Below are positions 12,659 through 25,605 of a stretch of 64,000 nt of DNA, one piece after another (the stretch's first letter is position 1; every line of letters starts with the position of its first letter). Source of the stretch: Lama guanicoe (Eukaryota); NCBI GenBank assembly GCA_013239625.1, contig MU054212.1, forward strand, positions 8,827,084 through 8,891,083, given 5' to 3'. The position numbers were made by a program, and so were the translations under genes. The notes beneath the pieces were generated by a model. It had not been told where the DNA came from and made no database searches. It was given only the letters and a program-made list of their open reading frames with translations.

Positions 12659-12748
12659 GAACTGTCTACCTTGACCATGCAGGAGCCACGTTATTCCCCC
12701 AGAGCCAGCTTACAAACTTCACTAAAGATCTCATGGAAAATGTTTATG
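12659..12748 (+). CDS. MOCOS: MOCOS exon 2, GTVYLDHAGATLFPQSQLTNFTKDLMENVY
   Basis: Polypyrimidine tract and TAG acceptor; donor G|GTAACG; NifS-like YLDHAGAT motif. Confidence 0.97.
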
Positions 12749-13119
12749 GTAACGAAAAACACTAACTGATTTTTGCATTGGACATTAGCCAACTACCTTC
12801 AGCTGATACTTCTATGCTTAATAAATGTCAGGTTAAGACAGGGATTGTGCTGAACACACAAAGTTAAGTGAGCCCCAGGAGAGAGGGGGTCAGGCAAGGA
12901 CCCGAAGTGACTCCCTGTAGCACATATGCTGCTGGGATGGGAGGAACTGTTCAGGGACACGCAGGTTACTTCCAGAAGAAGGGGTCAGTGTCAGGAAGGG
13001 CACAGGGGTACGAAGGTGCTGTGTTTGGTGGTGCGGTGGCCCTCTGGGGCTGGCATCGTGCAGAGGGTGGGGCGGCAGGAGGAACATTCACTCACTCATT
13101 CATTCACTCTCTCTCTGTT

Positions 13120-13712
13120 TGTTTATTTATTTATTTATTTATAAATTGAGGTATAGTCAGTTACAATGTGTCGACTTCTGGTGCATAGCATAATGTTTCA
13201 ATCATACATATATATACATATATTCGTTTTCATATTCTTTTTCGTTATAGGTTACTACAAGATATTGAATATAGTTCCCTGTGCTGTACAGAAGAAATTT
13301 GGTTTTCTATCTATTTTATATATAGTAGTTAATCTCTGCAAATCTTGAACTCCCAGTTTATCCCTTCTGGCCCTCTTTCCCCCTGTAACCATAAGTTTGT
13401 TTACTGTGTCTGTGAGTCTGTTTCTGTGTTGTAGATGCGTTCATTAGTGTCTTCTTTTTTCTTTTCTTTTTTAGATTCCACATATATGGTATTTTTCTTT
13501 CTCTTTCTGGTTTACTTCACTTAGAATGATGATCTCCAGATCCATCCATGTTGCTGCAAATGGCATTACTTTATTCTTTTTTATGGCTGAGTAGTATTCC
13601 ATTGTATAAATATACCACAACTTTATCCAGTCCTTTGTCGATGGACATTTAGGTTGCTTCCATGTCTTGGCTATTGAATATAGTGCTGCAGTGAACATTG
13701 GGGTGCAGGTAT
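13120..13712 (-). mobile_element. Younger L1 3' end (ORF2 C-terminus plus 3' UTR)
   Basis: Minus ORF MFTAALYSIAKTWKQPKCPS...MPFAATWMDLEIIILSEV. Confidence 0.9.
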
Positions 13713-13857
13713 CTATTTATTTATTTTTATTTATTTATTTTATTTTGTCTTTTTTTGGACAGGGGAGGTAATTAGGTTTAAATGGAGGTACTGGGTATTG
13801 AACCCAGGACCTTGTGCATGCTAAGCACACAGTCTACCACTGAGCTATATTCTCCCC
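13713..13857 (-). mobile_element. Vic-1-like SINE
   Basis: ggaggtactgggtattgaacccaggaccttgtgcatgctaagcac...ctaccactgagctatattctcccc. Confidence 0.9.
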
Positions 13858-15572
13858 GCCCTGCTGAGTCCATATATTTTTATTAAGTCACTCTGGTGTC
13901 AGGAGCATGGCACTGGAATGGGAACAAAGTAAAACATAGTCCCTGCCTTCATGGATTATGGTCTAGTCAAGACAAGACCTTAATCAAGTGATCTCCAAAT
14001 AAATATTTAAAAAAAGTAAAGTAGGGTAAGATGTAAAAGTAAAATGTAAAAAAAGTAAATTATCATCTGAGCAAAAGTCTGTGACCAAAAGGCCCTGGGC
14101 ACTGTGGGGATCTGTATCAAAAGAGGATTGGTGATTGGCAGTGTGAGTGTCAGGGAAACTTCTTCAGCAAGGGTTTGGATGCTGGAGGATGAGCAGGAAT
14201 TCACTTGGGAAAAAGGAGGAGAGGGCATTTTGGGCAGATGGAACAGCATGAGCCAACACCCTGCAGTGGTTCCAGGGAGCAGCCCAGGAACACAGGGAGG
14301 GGAGAAGAGCAGTGGAGATATGGATGAAGAGCCAGGTAGGGGCATTGGAGATGCTCCGGAGACTTTGATCTTTATTCTAGCAACAATGGGCAGTCACCGA
14401 GGGCATCAGTCAGCATAGTGTGATCAGGGATAACCTTCGAAAGAGAGTTTGGAATAATAGTAGCAGCAGCTGTAGCCGTGCTAATGAGACTAGCGATACC
14501 TAACATGTCCTGGGCCCTCCTGCACTTTAGGTGCTGCTCCAGGTGCTTTACCTGTATCCTCTCCATCCTGGTGACAAGCTAAGATACAGCTTCTGTCATC
14601 TCATAAGCTATGGTACAGGTTCTGTTATCACTCATGCTTTATGGGTCCCAGAAAGGGTACGTGACTAACCAGACGTCACACAGTCAGGAAGCGCTGGAGT
14701 TGGGGAGCCGGTGGGGGCAGTCTCCAGGCAGTGTGGCTCCAGAGCACAATCCCTTAGCCCCCACCAGACTGCTTTGCTTCACGATGGTCCTGCAATGCCA
14801 CACTAAGTTTCCTGTAGCCAGCAGAGATTTAAATCTGGGGCACAGTCTCCAAGGGGAGACTTTATCTTGATTTTAATCCATGATTTGCAGAGACCTGCCA
14901 TTCTCCTTTAACCTGTAAGAGTCCTAACCGTGGGAAAGGTGCTGGCCTGAGAGGTGACGGAATCGAGACTGCAGGTGGTCCTAACGATGCGGGACTAAAA
15001 GCCAAGGTGATGAAAGGCTGTGGGGATAAGTATCCAATCCCACAGGTTACTAGCTTCAACGGGAAAGAAAGGTTGGTAGCTTCGATGGCCAGATCTCCAG
15101 TGTGACCCCTAAGGTATGGTGCGAGAAAAACAAACAAACAAAAAACTCTAAAATAGAAAAGCCCAAGGCTGCCTTAAATGTGCACGTGTGGTCCTGCACC
15201 TGATTGGACCCTGCAGGCCAGGCCCTTGGGAAGCTCTATATACACGCCTGGGTGTGTATTTTGAGGGAGATAATGATGTTCTGGGACACACACAGGGGGG
15301 ACACCAGGAGGGAAGAAACACTCAAAATTGACAAAGGGTGAAATTGGTGAGTCTTTGGCCTTGAGAATGGGGGCCTAGGGGGAGACATTATGGCCCCCCG
15401 CACGTGTTTTGAGAAGGAGGCAGGAGTGGTGCCAGTAGCAGGGGTGGGAATGCAGGCAACAGATGCGGACTTAAACCAAGTGACATTCATGGCTGGGTCT
15501 CATGGGTAGGGGAAAGGGCAGCCTCCTGAGGTTGTGTGCTTGGCCCCCGGCAGTCAGTGAACAGGGCTGGAC

Positions 15573-15587
15573 GGGCCACCTAGTGGG
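15573..15587 (-). promoter_or_regulatory. Candidate CTCF motif (CCACTAGGTGGCCC)
   Basis: Close match to the CCASYAGRKGGCRS consensus; motif match only. Confidence 0.4.
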
Positions 15588-15689
15588 AAACTTGTAGGAA
15601 AGATTCTTGCAATGGCCTGGCTGCCTCCGAGCTGATTTCCATCTCCAAAATGCACCTCCCAGATTCCCTCTTGTGAGGGAGCGCTTTTA

Positions 15690-16270
15690 CTTTAACAGCT
15701 TTATGAAGTTATATTGTACTTATAAAACTCACCTATTTCAAGTGTACAATTAAGTGATTCTGAGTAACATTACCAAGTGGTACCATCACCACTATAAATC
15801 ATTCAGAACACACTCATTCCCCAAGTCAGTTTTCTGATGCCCACATCCCTACTCCCACAACCCCTCCCCACCGGGCACCGAACCCCCGAACCCCTGGCAA
15901 CCACTAATCCACTACTTTCTGTATCCCTGCACAATTGCTTTTGCTGGACATTTCATATAAATGGACTCATACAATAGATGACCTCTTGTGTCTGGTGTCT
16001 TTTACTTAATTTTTGGGGGGTTCAATTGTGACATGGCCAGTAGTTTGCCCCTTTTTATAGCCACATAATTTTCGGTTATTTTGTCTGTTTGTTTCCCTGT
16101 TTTGTGTTTCTGTATTTTTATACCTGTTCACCAGCTGATGGATATTTATGCCATTCTCAGAATTTGGCTTTACAAATAAAGCTAATGTGAACATGCATGT
16201 ACATGAATCTTTGTGTGGGCATATGTTTTCATTTCTCAAGAGTATATAGGAGTGAAACTGCTGGGTCGTA
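15690..16270 (-). mobile_element. Old L1 3' UTR fragment
   Basis: acagctttat...ctggcaaccactaat...ggacatttcatataaatgga pattern. Confidence 0.75.
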
Positions 16271-16383
16271 TGATTTTTTTTTTTGGCTTACATTTTGAGA
16301 AACTGAAGGAGAGGGATTTAGAGGAATACAAAAGGAGAGACCGCAAGTAGTGACTCAATGGCTCTGTCTTTGTAACCTGCCAG

Positions 16384-16450
16384 GTAATCCTCACAGCCAG
16401 AACGTCAGCAGCAAGCTCACCCACGACACGGTGGAGCAGGTGCGCTACAG
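16384..16450 (+). CDS. MOCOS: MOCOS exon 3, GNPHSQNVSSKLTHDTVEQVRYR
   Basis: CAG acceptor; AG|GTGAGC donor; GNPHS motif of class-V PLP enzymes; phases fit neighbouring exons. Confidence 0.97.
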
Positions 16451-17234
16451 GTGAGCAGCAGGGGCGCCAGCCTGGGAGGGCGCCTGTGGGTGGACGGACT
16501 TCCTGCCTCCTGCCTGCATCCCACAGAAGTTTTGAATTATTTTCAGGAAGACCCGGAACCATGACAGTGAGGGACAGCTGTTGTGTGTGGCTGTGGGCTG
16601 GTGCCAGAGTTCCTGGGGGCCAGAGTGACAAGGAGTGACCCAGGTTCCTAAATCTTGTTTTCAGGGAGAAGAAAAACAATTTCTCTGTTTTTTTTCCCCC
16701 TTTCATGTTTCACGTTTAGACATCTTGTTTTTCAGTTTCCCCCCCTTTTACTAATATTTACATATAACAAATTTATTAGTTTTTGGCCAATAATTTCTAG
16801 GCGGTACCTAAAGGTGCTTGAATCAATACAGTTTCAAATTATTTTCAATCTGAAAGTGATACTCTTTTGCTATAGGGTTGCCAATGTAAAAGGCAACGTG
16901 GAACAAATTGATGACTTGAAACTTATTATGATACAGCCAGACAGTGGACCAAGAAGGGAGTATTTTCAACTGAGTTTAAGGTAGCTGCGGATTTTAGTCT
17001 TATCCACTTGAGATGGAGATTTGGGAGGCTGGGTGATTTTGCCAGTGTGAACCTGTTTGCCTCCTCTTCCCACAACTTCCGCTGCCACTGCCGGAACCTC
17101 ACAATTGTGGCAAAGCCTATCCGGTTTTTCCCTAGGTATTAAGGTAGAGAGATGTCATTGTGGAAATCCAGCTACCTCCAAGCATTGACATTGGAGGGAG
17201 ACCAAGGAGTTGCCTAATGCTGTGCTTCTTCCAG

Positions 17235-17879
17235 GATCCTGGCCCATTTCCACACCTCCCCAGAGGACTACACTGTGATTTTCACAGCCGGGAGCACGGC
17301 TGCTCTTAAACTGGTGGCAGAAGCTTTCCCGTGGGTGTCCCCGGGCCCAGAGAGCAGCGGGAGTCGGTTCTGTTACCTCACCGACAGTCACACCTCCGTG
17401 GTGGGCATGAGGAAGGTCACTGCCACCATGAATGTCACTTCCATCCCAATCAGGCCTGAGGACATGTGGTCTGCGGAGAAACAGGATGCTGCCGCCGCCG
17501 GCAACCCAGACTGCCAGCCTCCGCATCTTTTCTGCTACCCGGCTCAGAGTAACTTTTCCGGAACTAGATACCCCCTGTCCTGGATAGGAGAGGTCAAGTC
17601 CGGGCAGGCGCGCCCCATGAGCGTGCCTGGGAAGTGGTTCGTGCTGCTGGATGCTGCTGCCTACGTGGGCACCTCGCCTCTAGACCTGTCGGTTCACCAG
17701 GCCGACTTTGTCCCCATCTCCTTCTACAAGATCTTTGGGTTCCCCACTGGCCTGGGAGCTCTGCTGGTGAATAATCGTTCGGCTCCTCTGCTGAGGAAAA
17801 CCTACTTTGGAGGAGGCACGGCCGCTGCGTACCTTGCAGGAGATGATTTCTATATCCCAAGAGAGTCGGTAGCTGAAAG
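17235..17879 (+). CDS. MOCOS: MOCOS exon 4, contains PLP-binding lysine (ISFYK265IFGFPTGLGAL)
   Basis: ORF 17275-17883 with IFTAGSTAAL, SHTSVVG, PAQSNFSG, VLLDAA and SFYKIFG; acceptor ttccag; donor AG|GTAACC. Confidence 0.98.
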
Positions 17880-20800
17880 GTAACCTGGGGATGGGAGTGG
17901 CGGCCGGAAGTCAGCAAGGCTGGGGTCTGGCATGTGCTACCTGTAAGACTGTGTAAGGGGCCAGAACCGCGCTGGCTGGCAGGGCTCAGATCTGGGAGGC
18001 AGAAGTGATCTGGAGCTGCCATAGGCGACTGTGGTCTCTGCCCTACATGTGGGCGTCACAGCTGCGGGAGGACAGGGGCCTGCAGATAAGGGCTGCGGGC
18101 AGAAGTGGGGAAGGCCTTCCAGGGAGTCAGGAGGGTGGGCACCACTCTTTGCTCAGAGCACTGGCAAGAGGGGGGGCATCAATTAAAGCAGTGATTTTAA
18201 AAAGGCAGCACCCTTAGTAGAAAAACAAGTAACAATCAATAACAACAAGAAAAACCACAATATTAACAGGGGTGCCTTGAAAACAACAACCGAGCAGCCC
18301 GTGTCCTCTCGGTAGCAGCAGCGTTTCCAGAAGGAAGCCACTCAAAATTCCGAATAATGAGACAGCAAGATAGGGTTTACCAGAAAATTCATTAAACAGG
18401 CACATGTCACTTCCCACAAATTGTGGCTAAGCAGTGCTCTATCTTGAGACTATAGAGAGCCGCCTTGGACTTGTGGGCAAGTATCATTCCTTAAAAAAAC
18501 CCACAACTTTGCAAACTTGTTCAAGGGAAGAATCATAGCAACTAAACTAACTGGAAATGTAAGGCCATTTCCAAAAAGAGACCAGAATCCTCAATGTGCA
18601 GCTGGAGCAGACGTGCCCGGTGTGCCTGGTTTTCTGCTAAATCACAGGCTTCTTCAATGATCAGGTTTCAAGCATCAATGCAGCAATAGACTCCAAGTGT
18701 TTATTTCGCCTGCAAAAGCGGAAAGAGTGGAAGGAACTTGATCGAGGTACTGAGAATTGCAATGAAAGAGAGGCATGAAACTCGATCTGTTTCTCCTTTT
18801 AATCTGTTTGAATAGTATATAAACAAGAAAACTTGAAGTAAAGTTTCATATTCATGGGAAAAAAAAGACGGCACCATTTGGGACAAGTGTGCACACGCGT
18901 TGACAGCATAGCTGGTTTTCAGCAGCTGGAATCAGCTCAGCTTGGTGCTTAGTCAGCGAGAATAATTGTTTAAACCAGAGGCTACCAGGCTTGCAGGGCA
19001 CTGCTAACAGCGGCTGCTGTGAGCCCCCCTGGGAGTTAACAGAGAAGGTTTGTGGGCAGGCAGCTCCTTGCCTGGGTTTGTTGGTACCTGTGTCTTTCTC
19101 AGGGTGCAGGGGCGGGTGGTGTGGCTCAGGCCCGGAATCTCCCGGATGGCGGGGGCTGGGACCCGTGTGCTTGAATGTGTGAGGGTGAGAGTGGCAGCTG
19201 ACCAGGGTTCCGCTGGGTCCACCAGCAGGGGCACCGCGGTGTTGGGACAGAGCTAGTCACCCAGCTGGTGCCCGAGAAGGCCCCGGGGCCTGGATGAGGA
19301 GGTGGGTCAGATCCCCTAGAGACCAGGGGCCTGCGGCGGGGGAAGGGGGCATGGCCTCGGAAGTAGAGGCCTAGGTCCAGAGTGTAGAGCCCGGAGCCAG
19401 ACCCCTGGGGAGCGAATCCTGGCCCTGGGGCACACTGGCTGTGGGAATAGGGCTGTGTGACTTGACCTCTGCACCTCATGTTTTTCCTCTCAAGTGAGCC
19501 TCTAAAAGGCACAGCTCTTCAGAGCTAATATAGGTGAAGCACCAAGACCGAGCTGGCATCAGCACACGATGAGACTACCTGATGTCTCTTTTATTTAGGG
19601 CTTCTCCGTACTTGGGGGATTCTAAAACAGGAATGCCATGTAAAACCTTTGGAATCCAAGTGTGATAAAGTAGCACATAGTATAACCAAGTGAGAAAAGA
19701 ATGACAGGCGCATCGTACACATTGAAGGCAGCGCCAAACGACAACCCAAACTTTTTTTATCTAACAGGGACTCCTGAACACCCAGAGCAGTGCAGCTCAC
19801 TGCAGGCGGGGCGTGGGTGGGCTGGGCTGGACCAGACCTCTTTCTTTCACTTTGGGTGAATTGCCTTATAGCAGATACTGCATCAAGATTCCCAGAAAGC
19901 TGAATGTATTTATTTACCATTAGAAGCCTCGTTTTTTTTTTTTTTTTTTAAACTGAGACCTAGAACTCAGACTAGAGATTTAATACCCAACCAAATGTTT
20001 CTCAAACAAGTACCTGGACCACATTCTTAGTGTTTTCTATTTTATAACCCAATGAGAAACAACACTTGATGGAAACAAAAACACTTCCCTTTTCTCCTAA
20101 GAGTTTATTGATTATTGATCAATACATATTTATTATTGACCAATTAATAACCTAAGCTGTTAATGGCTAATAATGTTTAACTTATTAAAGAGTAATTATT
20201 TACTCGTTTACTAGTGATCAATTAATGATGAATTGATTCATTATCGATTCATGATTAATTCTGTATGTCTATTAATTACCATTAGTTTTATAAGGAAATT
20301 AACATTGCAATAGTGATATTTTGAGCAACTGTTATCCCTAAGATGCAAAACATGATATTTCCACTGAAAGCTTCAGCTGGCCTCAGGCTGCTGTGTGCCA
20401 CCATCCTTTATCCGGATACTTGCTGGAATCTCCGCACTGTCACCCAGCCTTCCTCCTCACTAGTGCAGCAGCCAGAGGTGTCTTATCAAAACCTAGGCCC
20501 CATCCTGTCCCTCCTCTCTGCACAGAGCCCTCTGGCCACTTGTCCCACCCAGGGGGACATTCTCTGACTTGCTCTCCTACACTGTCCACCCTGCTCACTT
20601 GCTCTCGGCCCCTCTGACCTCTCTGCTGTTCCCCCTCCACCTGTACCCTCTCCCTGGAATGCAGATTCCCCCTGAAACTGTGAGCTTAGCTGTTTCAAAA
20701 CTGAGCGGTTTCCCTCGCCCCCTGACGTCCACTCCATCTCTGCTCAAATGATCTCCCTCGGAGAGGACGTCCCCCGACCATCTCCTCTAAAGCAGCCGCC

Positions 20801-21561
20801 AGCCCTCCTGCTTGGGCGGCTTCCTTGCAGTTGTCACCACCTGGCTTGCTGCTTAATTGGCTTCTCTGCGTGTTTACTGTTTGTTGCTCCTTGTTTCTGT
20901 GCCCACAGGAGGATGGAAGCCCCGTGAAGGCACAGGGCTTCTACCTGTCACGTTCGCTGCTGTATTCTTAGCACCCAGAACAGTGCCCGGCATGCGGTGC
21001 GCAGACAATAAAGATTTGACGAGTATTTTGTCTACATGAGTTATAAAATGCAAACATAATGAACACCTTGATAGCCAGGAAGGTACACCTCTGCTGTACT
21101 GACAGCCTTGTAATTTTTACCAAAGCCTGTGGTTCTGTAGACTTTGGAATCACAGACTCTTGTTAAGAACCTCACGGCTGCCTGACTGGTCTCACTGAAT
21201 TGATGCCCTGTCAGAAATGCTATCTTGGGATCAAGGGCAGCATTTCAATGGCCTACAGCGCTTGAGGTTTTTTGGCAATCCCAGAGTCTTCCAAGGTGGT
21301 GACTGTCTTTTATCGCCACTGCCAGCTGATCCTGAGAAACCTGCAGAGCGGATCAGGGCCAGAGGCAGCCCGCGTGTGTCTTGGGGTGCACAGCCCTCTG
21401 TCCCGAGGGGAGGAGGCAAGGGCAGTGTCGTCTAAGGCAGCAGAGGGAAGGTCTTTGTAGATGACGGCTAAGCCTACAGGAAAAGCCTCATCATTACACG
21501 CGCAGATGCACACAGAGGCGTCGGCCACAGCGTGACCTCGTCTCCCTCACCGCGGTTACAG

Positions 21562-21638
21562 GTTTGAAGACGGCACCATCTCATTCCTTGACATCGTAGC
21601 ACTAAAACATGGATTTGATGCCCTCGAGCGCCTCACAG
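21562..21638 (+). CDS. MOCOS: MOCOS exon 5, FEDGTISFLDIVALKHGFDALERLT
   Basis: CAG acceptor; G|GTCAGT donor; FEDGT motif. Confidence 0.96.
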
Positions 21639-22699
21639 GTCAGTGGACAGCGGTCTCGTGTGGATTTGCTCCTGTTGCCCGTGACCTTGAGGGAGCCCTG
21701 GCATGGGGGGGACCCGGATGTAGGAGGGACTGTGCAACAGACCGGCACGTGGAAGCTCTACACTGAATGCAGGTGAAGCTGGTTTGAAAGAACTTCCAAA
21801 AATGACTTCTGAGGCAAGAGCAAGAGACTGGGGCTTTTGTGTGTGTGTGTCGGTTAAAAGAACATTTTAACAAGCGAGAGACATTCCCAACCCAGAGATT
21901 AATAACCTCACAGAAGCAGAGGAGCCATCCTTGTTCCTTGCCCTGGGAACGCTTACAGACATGAGACCTTACTGGGCTGTCACCTTGCTGGGTCTCCCCA
22001 CGGGGGAGCATTATGATGAGCCCGCTTTGCCCACAGAGGGGCTTATGCTCAGAGAGGCTAAATGCCTTCCTCAGGGTCAGGGAGCTGAGACCTGGGAGGG
22101 CTGGGATTTAAACTCAGGCAACACTAGCGCTTAACCCTGAGCTCCCAACCACTGTCTCTGCTGCTGGCCTTTGCAATGACACGTGTTCTTTCCTGACAAG
22201 TTCTTGGGGTGTGTGAGCAGGTGGGGGACCCTCCCCAGAGGCTGACACCCAGGTGGATGCCACTTCCCATCTAAGGGAGGTTGACACAAGGTACAAGGCT
22301 GGAAGAACCCCTGTCTGGTGAGCCAGGTCTCACCCCTCTGCTGTGCTCTGGGCGCTCCTTCCAGAAGCTGAGCTTGTAGAACGGGGTGGCACTGCTTGTC
22401 CCGTCCACATGGAGATGGGGCTGTGGTGAACCAGGGGCAGCCTCAGCCCAACACTGGGGGCAGACACGATGCATGGGAAGGGAGGGTCGCCCTGACAGTG
22501 ATGCAGGGAGGTGACTGGGCATCATCCAGACAAAGAGGAGATAATCAAGGCAGACACTGAGAAATGAGCACTTTCCCAGGGAAAGATACTAACAGGGAAT
22601 CCGAACCACAAGGGCAGGGCACCTCTGCAGATTGACAGTAACAGTCCCACAGTGAGGTAAACCCTGATTTTTCCTACTTAACTCTTTTTCGGAAAAAAT

Positions 22700-23020
22700 T
22701 GTGTTGAACTCTGTAGGACAAACTCTGTACACCATGTTTAAGTGTAAAATTCAGTGGCATTAAGTATAGTCACATCGTCGAGCAGTCGTCACCACTGGCC
22801 GTCTCCAAAACTGCTCCATGCTCCCAAACTGAGACTCGACCCACTAAACTCCCCGTTTCCCCTCCCCCAGCCCCTAGGAGCCTCTGTTCTCCTTTCTGTT
22901 TCTATGAATTCACCTATTCGAGACCCCTTATATAAGAGGAATAATACTATATTTGTATTTTTGTGTCTGACTTAATTCACGTAGCATAATGTTTCCAGAG
23001 TTCATCCATGTTGTAGGAAG
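22700..23020 (-). mobile_element. Old L1 3' UTR fragment
   Basis: ttaagtgtaaaattcagtggcattaagta...ccctcccccagcccct...gttcatccatgttgtag. Confidence 0.7.
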
Positions 23021-23348
23021 TATCCTTAACTGCTTTGTATAATATTAAAATGGTTTAAACACCAGCAAAAACAAACAGCAAAAAATTATACATTTAAAGA
23101 CAAAATTGGACATTTTTGTGATCTGTTATGAAAGGATCTAAATTACCTGTGTGCTTAAGTAACATTAATTAAAAAAAAAAAGGAAGATGACAACAAATCC
23201 TACAGAAAAATTCCACAGAAACAGCGATGGAAAACTGTTGTTTGGTACCAACGACCTAAACATTTATAGTGTGGGCTTACCGTACACTATTTACAAGTAT
23301 TTAAAATCATTAAGATCCAGGCTTGCCAGTTATAATGACTTCATTTTC

Positions 23349-23522
23349 ATATAGCACAGGGAACTATATTCAATATTTTGTAGTAACCTATAATGAAAAA
23401 AATATGAAAAGGAATACATGTATGTACATGTATGACTGAAACATGATGCTGTACACTAGAGATTGACACATTGTAAACTGATTATATTACAATTTTAAAA
23501 AATTTTTAAAAAGTAAAAAGAA
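23349..23522 (+). mobile_element. Sense L1 3' tail fragment upstream of exon 6
   Basis: atatagcacagggaactatattcaata...A-rich tail; possible TSD tcattttc on both sides. Confidence 0.8.
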
Positions 23523-23647
23523 TCATTTTCTTAAAAATGAGATAGTGTAACACGACACTGTTAACTCAACTGAGTCTAACACAACTCAATTGTAGCGAAT
23601 TTTCTATGATGTTCATGATTCCCTTTCGTGTCTGTGACTGTCCTGAG

Positions 23648-23847
23648 GTGGAATGGAGAACGTGAGGCAGCACACCTTTACCCTGGCTCGGTACACCTAC
23701 GCCGCCCTGTCTGCCCTCCGCTACCCCAACGGAGCCCCGGTTGTGCGGATTTACAGCGACTCTGAGTTCAGCAGCCCAGAGGTTCAGGGTCCGGTCATCA
23801 GCTTCAACGTGCTCGACGACCACGGGAGGATCGTTGGTTACTCTCAG
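23648..23847 (+). CDS. MOCOS: MOCOS exon 6, GGMENVRQHTFTLARY...GRIVGYSQ
   Basis: ORF 23653 onward matches MOCOS; acceptor is an unusual GAG; donor CAG|GTGGGC. Confidence 0.94.
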
Positions 23848-24989
23848 GTGGGCTCTCTTTCCATCTCGCTGACCCTGTTTATCGCAGGGTCACTCTTGTC
23901 TGGACCTCTGCAGCTGTCCCGAGCCCTGAAATGTGCAGTCCAGGCCTCTGGACCCTTGCAGGAGCCAAGACAAATCCCATATCCTGTTGGAGAGATCACT
24001 GGCCCTTCCTTAGAAGCTCTTTCCTCTCATTTACACGCAGTTCTAACAAGCTTGGCTATTTAGATCTTCATCTCTCCTTCTTCAGCCACAGGTGGTCAGT
24101 TTCAAGTGGGAAGAGAGAAGGTGAGTCTCTGATAACACAGGGAGGGGGCGGCTGACAGCTTGCCAGCAAGGAAAGATGCCCTGAAATAGTGCAGACAGAA
24201 CAGCCTGCCTGAGGTCATTTCACGCAGACATCTTGGTAGCCCTGGCGATACATCAGACCATAATATAGTGCCACACAAAACCATGGCCTTTCATCATTTG
24301 TTTGCATGTTGCTTGGAACTCATAACTCATAACATAAGTGATGTCCTTAGTACCACAAAAGCCCCGATTTCTGCTGTGGTTCATGCATATTATGAGTTCA
24401 AAGGATTTGGGAAGTTGGTTATAAAATACTTCCTGCAGATAGACCCTTTGTTTGAATTTTCCCGTGGAAACACGGCAAGTAGTGGTTTGCAGCTTGGGAA
24501 CTGCCAGGATCCTTGCCACAGCTGAGCAAGCTGGTCACTGCCCATTACATCATAAAGTCTAGAGTTGCACAGAGCACTCAGACATGGCAGGAGGAGGTCA
24601 GCAGGTCGGGGTGTCACAGTCTGGGCTTGGGGAGCTCAAGGCCCTTCCCTGAGCCCGGGTTTCTAGGGCGGCTGTGAGGAGCAGACTGGATCATCAGGGA
24701 AGTTTGGAAGATGGTGCTCATCTTTCCTTGAAAGCCACCATCCCTGTCCACCTCGGTTAAACCCAGAATTTCTCAAAGTCATTTCTCAAGGAATCATGTC
24801 CATTTTTCTGAGGAACAAACTTGAGAAATGTTCTTCTGGGGGAAATGTCAGTTCTTACTGGTGTCTGGGGGCTGACACTCTGCAACCACAGCTTGTCTCT
24901 TTGGTGGGTTTACTGTGCAGACCCCCTACTGCAGCAGAAGCAGCCCGACACCAGTCAAAAGCAGGCAATTTATTCCCAGTGTTTAAATT

Positions 24990-25605
24990 GATTGATTGAT
25001 TGATTGAGGTATAGTTGATACATAATATTATATGTTACAAGTATACAATATAGTGATTCACAATTTTTAAAGGTTATGCTCCATTTATAGTTATAAAATT
25101 TTGGCTACATTCCCTGTGTTTTACAGTATACCCTTGTGGCTTATTTTATACTTTAGAGTTTATACCTCTTAATCCCCTACCCTTATATTGCCCCTCCCCA
25201 CTCCCTTCTCCCCACTCATAACCACCAATTTGTTCTCTATATCTGTGAGGCTGTTTCTTTTTTGTTATATTTACTAGTTTGTTGTATGTTTTAGATTCCA
25301 CATATAAGTGATATTATATAGTATTTCTCTTTCTCTGTCTGACTGATTTCACTTAGCATAATGTCCTCCAAGTCCATCTATATTGCTGCAAATGGCAAAG
25401 TTGCGTTCTTTTTTATGGTGGAGTAGTATTCCACTGATTATATATACACTATATATATTATATATAGTGTATATATAATATTGTATATCAACTATATATA
25501 TTGTACGCATTACATATGTCTTATATATATATGTACGTGTATATATATATATATATCTATCTCACATCTTCTTTATCCATTCACCTGTTAATGGACACTT
25601 AGATT
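24990..25605 (-). mobile_element. L1 3' UTR fragment with internal (TA)n expansion
   Basis: L1 3' UTR signature (ttagattccacatataagtga, cacttagcataatg). Confidence 0.85.

Noticed and set aside
17488..17502. GCC-repeat giving one extra codon relative to human in exon 4
   Set aside because: In-frame change in a variable loop (DAAAAG), likely ordinary lineage variation.
18200..18900. A-rich intronic segment that might be an ancient transposon or retrocopy remnant
   Set aside because: I could not assign it to any family or reading frame by eye; it needs RepeatMasker/Dfam.
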